Positions 1 to 7,286 of a DNA stretch of 33,947 nucleotides are shown here, piece by piece (position 1 is the first letter of the stretch; every line of letters starts with the position of its first letter). Location: positions 1 through 33,947 of the forward strand of contig JACPMU010000044.1 of NCBI GenBank assembly GCA_016185865.1. Reading direction: 5' to 3'. The DNA comes from Candidatus Woesearchaeota archaeon (GTDB taxonomy: Archaea > Nanobdellota > Nanobdellia > Woesearchaeales > GW2011-AR4). A program made the position numbers and the translations under genes. The notes under the pieces are model-generated. The model saw only the letters and a list, made by a program, of their open reading frames with translations. It searched no databases and was not told where the DNA came from.

Positions 1-878
1 AATGTGTCATTTGCAATTATCCTGAAGCTTACATTCCTGCCTTCGAAGCTATTATGCCCTTTGGGTATTGGGAATGAAAAGTTTGTCCAGCCTCCGTTAC
101 CTTGCCCTCCGGTTCCGTTTACAGCTGTTATATTCAAAGTTTGCCAAGCGCCAGCGCCATCACTAGCTGATTGATTAAAAAACTGCAACAAGCCATATCT
201 TGCAGCAGTAAGGTTATCGGTCCAGTTTGCTGTACCAAATAATCTTCCGGTGTTTGCATTTCCTTGGGCTCTTGAAATTCCGTCGGTTGCTCCCAATTCG
301 TACCCATCGCCTCCTGCATCACCTGATAGATTGATACGGCTTGTGTTGGTAAAGTTGTAATAAACAAATACTGGAGGCAACTGGTCAACTCTAATTGTTA
401 TTGAGCCAAATGTTGCATTAACTGGATTGCTGTTGTTGCTTGCGTCTCTTGCAGTGACATTAACCACATATGTGCCATTTGAAAATGCAAATGTGACATT
501 ACATGATACAGAGGTTGTATTTTCAGGGCTCACTGAATCAGAACTTGTGCATGTTAAGCTTGTTGAGGCACTATTTGTATAATTAATCAGTGTCTTTAGA
601 AGCGCTGATTCATAGATACTAACGTTAATCGAGGCATTAAGGCTCAAATTAAGCCCTGTTGAATTTATGTCATCCAAGGTGAAGCTTATGCTATTCGACG
701 CTGTTGTAGTATTAAAATTATTGGATAAAGGCGAATTGTATGTCACATTTATCAGTGAGCGGTCAGCTCCTCCTAATCCTCCTGAGAAATGGTCAACAAA
801 TAGATATGTATAGCCTGCCTTCAAGGCTGCTGTGTTTATTGTTCCTGATGCCGTTACAGTACATCTTCTTTGTATATC
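1..878 (-). CDS. 3' continuation of the surface glycoprotein in a shifted frame; runs off the window start
   Basis: The minus-strand frame is open from 878 to the window edge (ASGTINTAALKAGYTYLFVDHFSGG...NGTYVVNVTARDASNN...NVSFRIIANDT) with the same sequon-rich composition. It has no convincing start of its own and is not in the ORF track. Confidence 0.8.
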
Positions 879-2133
879 CTATGCCGCCCAACTGCAATAT
901 TCCGTACAGGTAAGACACCTCGCTTGGTATAAAGCTTGCAATATCCGCCCATGCCATCTGCGCGCTAAATCCTGTTCCTAATTGCTGCCTGACTTCTCTA
1001 GTTGGCGTGTTATTAACTTTTGAGTTGCTTGCATTTTCAAATTGGCTTGCATCAATGCTGCCGGCAACAATATGCACTATAATATCATTGGAAATATTGA
1101 TAATGAAAGTGAAATTCTTATGAGTCAGTCCATCAACTGTTACCCCATTTATAGGATTCATAAATGTGTCTTGCGGTATCTCTGAGCCGTTGCCAAGGGT
1201 TATGTTTAAGCCACCAAATGCTACCCCAAGAGTATCCCCATCAGCACTTTTTTGCTGCATTGTGGTAAATATAAGCTCCATCTGGGTTATATTCATGCCC
1301 ATTATAATGAAATCGCTGCGATTAGTGCAGGTTTTTCTTCCTATAGAGTCATTTGCGCAGAAGAATACGCTATGGGGGCCTGGGCTTGTGAAGCTGCTGT
1401 TAAAGTTCATTATACCGGACAAATTGAAGTAATATTGTCTTTGGCCTGGGTTATATATCGTCCCTGCTGTCATTGAACGGTTTACGCTTTCATTTTTTCC
1501 ACTAGCAGGAGCCTGGGGAGTTATAGAGGCATTATCGTTCAGTATCATCCATACAGTGACTGTTGTATTATCAGAGACATTAACGTATAAAGTGGCTGTT
1601 TCATAAGAGGTTATGTTGTAGGATGTAGCATCAGCCAATACTCCTCCTTTTGGGCTGTCCAAAGTCAACGCTGGTGCAATAGTATCAATAATTAATGTCC
1701 TGTTTGTTGTAAAGTTAAGTGCGCCAGCTGGAGCTGAAGTGTTTTGGCATCCAACAGCCCAAGTAAAATTGCCGTCTGAATCAAAAGTCAAGTTTAGGAC
1801 ACTTGATGTTGACGATGAATTATAGACAGCGCCTTGCGTATTATTTGTCCCGTTTTTTATAGCTTCTGCCCATACTCCTGTTATGTTTGTCCAAATACTG
1901 CAATTACCTTGAGTATTCTCACCCCCACCAATCCAAATAACTGTAAATGTAAAGTTAATTGTTCTTGTGCCATTAACCACTCCAGTCAAAGGAGCTTGTT
2001 GGGTTATTGTTACTGCATTTACAAAAAGCAGGCTTAAAACAAAAATCAAAACTATGGAGAACAGCAGTGCTAAGTTTACCTTGCCTTCTTGAGAATTAAA
2101 ATGAATAGCATCCTCTTTTTTACTCATCATCAC
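793..2133 (-). CDS. Large secreted surface/S-layer-like glycoprotein, 5' part (reading frame broken near 793-878)
   Basis: Hydrophobic signal peptide (LALLFSIVLIFVLSLLFVNA), Thr/Asn/Ser-rich beta-type sequence, about 29 N-x-S/T sequons counted by hand, SD-like GAGGAG upstream. The tail after KMYCNG looks out of frame. Confidence 0.8.
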   Translation of the reverse strand: MMMSKKEDAIHFNSQEGKVNLALLFSIVLIFVLSLLFVNAVTITQQAPLTGVVNGTRTINFTFTVIWIGGGENTQGNCSIWTNITGVWAEAIKNGTNNTQGAVYNSSSTSSVLNLTFDSDGNFTWAVGCQNTSAPAGALNFTTNRTLIIDTIAPALTLDSPKGGVLADATSYNITSYETATLYVNVSDNTTVTVWMILNDNASITPQAPASGKNESVNRSMTAGTIYNPGQRQYYFNLSGIMNFNSSFTSPGPHSVFFCANDSIGRKTCTNRSDFIIMGMNITQMELIFTTMQQKSADGDTLGVAFGGLNITLGNGSEIPQDTFMNPINGVTVDGLTHKNFTFIINISNDIIVHIVAGSIDASQFENASNSKVNNTPTREVRQQLGTGFSAQMAWADIASFIPSEVSYLYGILQLGGIGYTKKMYCNGIRNNKHSSLEGRLYISIC

Positions 2134-2174
2134 TCCTCTTTATGTGGCAAAATAATAAAGGTTATGAGTTTGGC

Positions 2175-2211
2175 AGCATATATTTAAACCTTTTGATTTA
2201 GGATATATGCT
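2175..2211. promoter_or_regulatory. Minus-strand BRE/TATA promoter of the surface protein gene, flanked by a 9-bp inverted repeat
   Basis: Minus strand reads AAAAGGTTTAAATA. AGCATATAT (2175-2183) and ATATATGCT (2203-2211) are reverse complements. Confidence 0.45.
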
Positions 2212-2372
2212 TTATATATAAAAGTTTTGGCTTATTTCAAAATTTAAAACACCAAGCCCCCTTTGAATTTCCAAAAATCAGATAATATTTAAACTTTTCG
2301 TTATATTGTATATACTGCAATGCATATGTTTAACAAAATATTTTTATAAGCATGCTTTTATCAAATTTTAAG

Positions 2373-2717
2373 ATGCTGGTCAGGAATGCAACAAAAAAAA
2401 GGGTAATCGCCGATAATGCCAGGCTCTGCAATGATATTTTTTCAAAATTTATAGGTTTGATGTTGTCAAAAAAGCACAGCAAAACGCTGATTTTCAAGTT
2501 CAATGAGGAAAAAACAATTTCACTGCACATGTTTTTCGTTTTTTATCCCATAGATGTCTTGTTTCTCGGCAAAAACAAGATTGTTGTGGATAAAAAAGAA
2601 AATTTCAAGCCATTCAGATTCTATAAATCAAAAAGAAAAGCAATGTACGCAATTGAACTTCCTAATGGAACAATTAAAAAAACAAAGACAAGTAAAGGCG
2701 ATAATATCAAGTTTTGA
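2373..2717 (+). CDS. DUF192 family protein
   Basis: Motifs GLM, LHMFFVFYPIDVLFL, YAIELPNG, GD. ATG at 2373 is preferred over 2352 because a TATA-like TTTATAA lies about 25 nt upstream. Confidence 0.8.
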   Translation: MLVRNATKKRVIADNARLCNDIFSKFIGLMLSKKHSKTLIFKFNEEKTISLHMFFVFYPIDVLFLGKNKIVVDKKENFKPFRFYKSKRKAMYAIELPNGTIKKTKTSKGDNIKF

Positions 2718-3042
2718 TTTTTATTTTTTTGATAAGAATGGATATTAAACATGCCAACAGGTATATAAAAATCAAATCTAAAAGGAATGTGAGTGGATTA
2801 AGCAAAAAATTATCAATTTTGGCAAAATATTTGTCGAGAAACAATGTTTGGATGTGCGCAGCACCATCAGTATTTCCGGTTATAAAATAAGACAAAGGGA
2901 ATCCGTAGGCATTATAGCAAACAGCGAAAAATAAGCTCACTGCGCAAACATCTTCTTTTGCAAAATAAAGGAAAAAAACTGCAAGAAACAGGAATATAGC
3001 TATTTTCAAAGAAGTGGGCTTTAACAGATTTTTCAAATTCAT
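2707..3042 (-). CDS. Small membrane protein, hypothetical
   Basis: MNLKNLLKP start, two to three hydrophobic segments, GFP motif. ORF track start at 3096 is probably too long. Confidence 0.6.
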   Translation of the reverse strand: MNLKNLLKPTSLKIAIFLFLAVFFLYFAKEDVCAVSLFFAVCYNAYGFPLSYFITGNTDGAAHIQTLFLDKYFAKIDNFLLNPLTFLLDLIFIYLLACLISILIKKIKIKT

Positions 3043-3098
3043 AAAAACAGAAATGTAAAAGACATATTTAAAATTATTGAATTTTAAAAACAACAATC

Positions 3099-3106
3099 TT
3101 TAAATA
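3099..3106 (+). promoter_or_regulatory. TATA box of tRNA-Trp
   Basis: TTTAAATA about 25 nt upstream of tRNA G1. Confidence 0.6.
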
Positions 3107-3145
3107 ACGAGAAAAAATTCTAATTCTGATGGGGGTGTAGTATAA

Positions 3146-3167
3146 TGGATTACAAAAATCCGTACAT
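3146..3167 (+). other. 22-nt non-canonical tRNA intron at position 15/16 (relaxed BHB)
   Basis: Central helix GTAT/GTAC, bulge AA|T, inner stem GGATT/AATCC, 3' cut AT|C. Confidence 0.8.
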
Positions 3168-3191
3168 CCTGGCTAGTATAGACGGCTCCAG

Positions 3192-3239
3192 TCGTTTGGA
3201 GCTTTGAGGAATATCCCAATGAAAGAAAAAACGGGCTAT
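3192..3239 (+). ncRNA. 48-nt canonical (37/38) tRNA-Trp intron containing a reduced box C/D-like guide for C34
   Basis: TGGAGCT is antisense to GGCTCCA and is followed by the D-like box TTGA (3204-3207). The fifth nucleotide upstream of the box pairs with C34. A C'-like ATGAAAG follows. Confidence 0.7.
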
Positions 3240-3275
3240 ACCGTCAGATCGGCGTTCAAATCGCCGCACCCCCAT

Positions 3276-4247
3276 TTATTTTTTCCTTTTCGGCCTGTCT
3301 ATGCTTTTCAGCAATCCAAACATCGGCTTGTAGAACTCAATCAAGAAAATTATAAATAAAGAGATTAAAATCCCGCTTATGAGATAAAATTTGTAAAAAA
3401 CAAAAAATGATTTTACTTCATTCCAAAATTTATTTTCCTTCAAAACTATATCAATGTTTTTTAAATAAACGGCATCTTCAGCTAAAACACCGGCTTTATA
3501 GCAGTCGTATTTAGGCACAACCTCTATGCTTAGCCTTTTTTCTTCCTTTATTGACGGCAGATTTTTTATTGCGGCATTTACAATGACATTAAAAATGCCT
3601 TTTGCATTTGCAGGCACATCTGCATTCAGGCTGAAGTTTTGATGGTTATTTGCAGCAACAGACATAATATTTTTGTCCAAGCTTATCCAGTTTGGGCCCT
3701 TTATTCTTAATTCAACGCTAATCTCCTGCTCACCGGAATTTGTTATTTCTCCGCTATACTGCTTTTTTATGCCGCCGCAAGCCTTGTCTCTTTCTTTTTC
3801 AAGCTCCAAACTCAAAGAATAGCATCTGTTTACATTAATATTGAGGAGCAGATTTTGCCTGATGCCTTCAGAAGAGAATGCGCTTGCATCAATATAGTAA
3901 CTGCCTTTTGCATTTGCATAAGGACTTAATTCAAGAAAAACAATCCCGCTTTGATTTTTTGGCAATGAAAATTCCTTAAGATTAAAACTCAGCCAGCCAA
4001 CGCCAGATGCGCTTAAGGAATATTTATCGTCACTGCTTGCATTATTCACAACCATGATTGGTATTGTTTTTTTCTCATTTTCACAGATGTCATAAGTCCC
4101 ATTGTAGGATTCAAATTCTATTTTTTGCTCTCCATCTTTTATTTCATAAAACCTGCCGGAGAACAGCGCAAAATCCTTGGCATAAGCAAAGCTGATAAGG
4201 CATAAAAATATGGCAAAAACCGCTAAAATTTTTTTTGTTTTGTCCAT
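3276..4247 (-). CDS. Membrane-anchored surface protein with Ig/CARDB-like repeats
   Basis: Signal peptide, two similar beta-sandwich units (V.N...D.Y.L...G..W / ITNSG...GPNW), C-terminal TM helix and basic tail. Confidence 0.7.
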   Translation of the reverse strand: MDKTKKILAVFAIFLCLISFAYAKDFALFSGRFYEIKDGEQKIEFESYNGTYDICENEKKTIPIMVVNNASSDDKYSLSASGVGWLSFNLKEFSLPKNQSGIVFLELSPYANAKGSYYIDASAFSSEGIRQNLLLNINVNRCYSLSLELEKERDKACGGIKKQYSGEITNSGEQEISVELRIKGPNWISLDKNIMSVAANNHQNFSLNADVPANAKGIFNVIVNAAIKNLPSIKEEKRLSIEVVPKYDCYKAGVLAEDAVYLKNIDIVLKENKFWNEVKSFFVFYKFYLISGILISLFIIFLIEFYKPMFGLLKSIDRPKRKK

Positions 4248-4299
4248 GTGAATAGTTCCCCTAGGATGAACTAAACTAGATAAAAAAGAACAAGTAGAA

Positions 4300-5991
4300 T
4301 CAGTAATAATAAGGTTCGCTTTCTACAGTTGCGATTTCCTTGTCACTTGCTTCTTCGCTGCCATTGCTCTCCATGTATTTCTTGACTCCGAAAAACAAGC
4401 CTATTGCAGCAAGGAAAATGACAGTTAATATCAATACCACTTCCAAAGCGTCCTTTAGCTTTGCAGCCAGAAGCCCTTTTGCAGCAACAACGTTCCCCTT
4501 TAGGGGAATCTGCTTCAAAACCCCGTCATTGGTTTTTATTGTGACTAAAAATATCTGCTCGCCAGCTGCATCCGCATTTGTCGAGGCAAAAATATTCATT
4601 GTCTTTGACTCTTTTGGCTTCAATATAAATGTATTTGACTCGCTTAATCTTAAATCAGCCCAGCTAGCGCCGTCCATCAATAGCGTGTACGCATTTGCAT
4701 CAGGCCCTTCATTTGTAAGTGTGATTGGATAGATAACTTCGCTGCCGTCGTTATAGATATCCTGCTTTATTACCGGAATGTTGATGACAAGCTTGTCATT
4801 GACTATCTGCAGGCTCTGCTCATCTTTGCCAAGAACAAAAACAGGCATTTCCTTGACTTCGCTGTCGCCTCCAAACTGCGAAACAATTTCCGACCTCAAA
4901 GTATATGTTCCTGTCGGCGTGCTGTCCAAAATTTTCAGCACGAAGTCCTCGCTTACTTCTGAAAGCCCGCTGTTTTTTATTCTGTCAGCAAATTTTGTTG
5001 ATGATATTCCAAGCTCCGGAATGCTTACTTTCGCATTTATGCCCTCAAGAGGAACAACTCCGCTGTTTTTGAAGCTTAGCCTTGCAATGAGATTTTTGCC
5101 TGCTTCTCCATTCTCTGGCATTAATTCAACGCTGCTTATTACAAACGGGAACTTCTTCTGGCTTATCTTTAATCCATATAATTTTTCCTCTGAATCGCCT
5201 TCAGCATCAGTGACCTTCACCTTGAGCCTGAAGCTGTTCTGCTCAAATTTGCTGATTAAAGGCAGCTCAAGATCCTTTACTGCATTTTCCCCGTCTGCAA
5301 TGTCAAATGTCAAGGTTGCGTCTGCAACAACATCGCCGTTTTCAAAAGCAAGCACAGCATCAACATGCGCATCTTCAATATCCGAAAGCGATGTAAGCCT
5401 GACTTTCAAATCAAGCTCCCTTTCACCCTTGTCAATGATTACAAAATTATTTTCATTCTCTGCAAGCGCATTGCCTTCCAGCTGCACGCTGTCTATTGAA
5501 ACATCAAGCTGCTCTGCGCCTCTTGCGCCAGCGCCTCCGCCTCCTGCGCCTGTAAACTTTATTCCATAGGATTTCTGCTCTATTCCACCCTCAACATCAA
5601 CAATCCTTATTTCAAGCCTGAAGTCTTTTTGCCTTTTAAGAAAATCAATTAGCTTGAGGTTCAAAGCCACCAGAGTGCTCTGGTTTGTCCTCAATGTAAA
5701 AGTGCCTGTTGAGTCAGCCACTGTGTTGCCTGTGGTTAAGTCAGTCAAAATGGCTTCAACATGCATATTGCTTATGTCCTCTGTAGCAGTCAGGCTTGCC
5801 TGGATGTCAATCTCGTCCTCATCCTCAATAAAGTTTGTCCTGCCTTCAGCAAGGGACTTGCCGTTTGCCTTTACCCTGTCTATAGAAACATCTGATGCAT
5901 CTCCAAAAACATCTGCGGCAATGGCAACAGAGCTGAATAAACCTATTAATACAAGCAAAAAGGCTCCCAAAACAATGATTTTCTTGTTCAT
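4300..5991 (-). CDS. Membrane-anchored S-layer-like/Ig-fold surface protein
   Basis: Signal peptide, two internal repeats (DVSIDRVKANG / DVSIDSVQLEG ... KSYGIK / KLYGLK), CARDB-like domains, C-terminal TM helix, terminal YYY. Confidence 0.75.
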   Translation of the reverse strand: MNKKIIVLGAFLLVLIGLFSSVAIAADVFGDASDVSIDRVKANGKSLAEGRTNFIEDEDEIDIQASLTATEDISNMHVEAILTDLTTGNTVADSTGTFTLRTNQSTLVALNLKLIDFLKRQKDFRLEIRIVDVEGGIEQKSYGIKFTGAGGGGAGARGAEQLDVSIDSVQLEGNALAENENNFVIIDKGERELDLKVRLTSLSDIEDAHVDAVLAFENGDVVADATLTFDIADGENAVKDLELPLISKFEQNSFRLKVKVTDAEGDSEEKLYGLKISQKKFPFVISSVELMPENGEAGKNLIARLSFKNSGVVPLEGINAKVSIPELGISSTKFADRIKNSGLSEVSEDFVLKILDSTPTGTYTLRSEIVSQFGGDSEVKEMPVFVLGKDEQSLQIVNDKLVINIPVIKQDIYNDGSEVIYPITLTNEGPDANAYTLLMDGASWADLRLSESNTFILKPKESKTMNIFASTNADAAGEQIFLVTIKTNDGVLKQIPLKGNVVAAKGLLAAKLKDALEVVLILTVIFLAAIGLFFGVKKYMESNGSEEASDKEIATVESEPYYY

Positions 5992-6132
5992 TAATAACCC
6001 CCAAATTACCTAAGCAGATGGGAGTACATACCCCTTTTTAAAGTTTTCGTTATTGAGGAGTAGGTACAAAATCAGCTATATTTAAGCGTAGCTGGCATTA
6101 GCTATTTAAACCATAAATAATCCCCAAAATCC

Positions 6133-7224
6133 ATGATAACCATAGTCGGGGCTGGCCCTGCAGGCTCTTATCTCGCGTATTTATTGGCAAAGCAGGGCAA
6201 AGAAGTTATAATTCTTGAAGAGCACAGCCAGGTTGGGGCGCCTGTCCAATGCACTGGCATTGTCACCCATTCAATTGAGAAGTTCTTCAGGCTAAAGAAT
6301 GAAGTCATAGCAAAGAGGCTTGACAAGGTTGTTGTTGTCAGCAAGAATAACAGGATAACGGTCAATGTTGATGAGATTGTGATGTGGCGCGATAAATTTG
6401 ACAGGTTTGTGGCTGAAATGGCACAGGAGGCAGGGGCTGAAATATCATTAAACCACAAGTTTATCGGATTTGAGGGAAAAAACATAATAATCATTAAAGA
6501 TAAAAAAAACAACAAGACAAAAAAAATAAAAACAGATGCTGTTGTTGGAGCTGACGGCCCTTACTCTGCTGTTGCAAACGCAGCCAGCATGAATTCGCAT
6601 CCAAAAAACTACATAGGAATGCAGGCAAAGGTAAGGCTTGCAATTGACACAACAGCGTTTGAAACTCATTTTGGAAGTGATTTTCCGGATTTTTTCGGCT
6701 GGTGTGTTCCAGAATCTGATGATATAGTAAGGCTTGGCATCGGCTGCTTTGAAAATGCCCAGGAGCATTTCTACAGGTTCTTAAAAAGCAGAACCGGAAA
6801 AAAGGATGTTTTATGCTGGGAATCTGGATTGATACCGTTATACAGCCCGAAAAAAATCATACAAAAAGGCAATGTCTATCTGATCGGGGATGCTGCTTCC
6901 CAAGTCAAGGCAACAACAGGAGGGGGGATAATTCCCTCTCTTAAGGCAGCGCATACATTGTGCGACTGCATCAACAACAATAAAGACTACAACAGAGAAT
7001 TCAAAAAGCAGTCTGGAAAGGAGCTTCTTTTGCATCTTAGAATAAGAAACATTTTAAACAAGTTCTCTGACAATGATTATGACAAGCTGCTTAATCTGAT
7101 GAGCCAGGAAAAGGTAAGGAAAATACTGAAAAAATATGACAGAGACACTCCAATACCCCTGGTTGCCAATCTGTTATTTAAAGAGCCAAGATTCCTGTTG
7201 TTTTCAAAAATGATTTTTGCCTGA
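6133..7224 (+). CDS. Geranylgeranyl reductase family FAD-dependent oxidoreductase
   Basis: GAGPAGS, C-T-G, GADG, PDFFGWCVP (PxxYxWxFP-like), IGDAA...TGGGI. Confidence 0.85.
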   Translation: MITIVGAGPAGSYLAYLLAKQGKEVIILEEHSQVGAPVQCTGIVTHSIEKFFRLKNEVIAKRLDKVVVVSKNNRITVNVDEIVMWRDKFDRFVAEMAQEAGAEISLNHKFIGFEGKNIIIIKDKKNNKTKKIKTDAVVGADGPYSAVANAASMNSHPKNYIGMQAKVRLAIDTTAFETHFGSDFPDFFGWCVPESDDIVRLGIGCFENAQEHFYRFLKSRTGKKDVLCWESGLIPLYSPKKIIQKGNVYLIGDAASQVKATTGGGIIPSLKAAHTLCDCINNNKDYNREFKKQSGKELLLHLRIRNILNKFSDNDYDKLLNLMSQEKVRKILKKYDRDTPIPLVANLLFKEPRFLLFSKMIFA

Positions 7225-7286
7225 TTTTTGTGTAACAAAAGCTTTTTAAAACACGCTCTTTACCTTGTTAGAGGTGGTCACAACTT

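Larger units (their letters stand above)
3131..3274 (+). tRNA. trnW: tRNA-Trp(CCA) with two introns (3146-3167 and 3192-3239); CCA end not encoded
   Basis: Acceptor GGGGGTG/CACCCCC plus A73; D-stem GTAT/GTAT; anticodon stem GACGG/CCGTC with CT-CCA-G; T-arm CGGCG-TTCAAAT-CGCCG. Removing both inserts gives a normal cloverleaf with A15:U48. Confidence 0.93.

Noticed and set aside
134..388. 84-aa minus-strand ORF
   Set aside because: Lies in a different frame inside the longer open frame (1..878) that continues the surface protein.
793..878. BHB mRNA intron or programmed frameshift as the cause of the frame break
   Set aside because: No 4-bp helix with proper bulges giving a frame-restoring excision and no slippery site was found by eye.
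3440..3500. Possible internal deletion in the 323-aa surface protein after DCYKAGVLAED
   Set aside because: A third repeat seems to start and stop abruptly, but the frame is intact and there is no direct evidence.
4340..6013. Long plus-strand ORFs (130, 263, 119 aa)
   Set aside because: Antisense shadows of the 563-aa surface protein; Ser/Leu/Phe-rich, no recognisable motifs.
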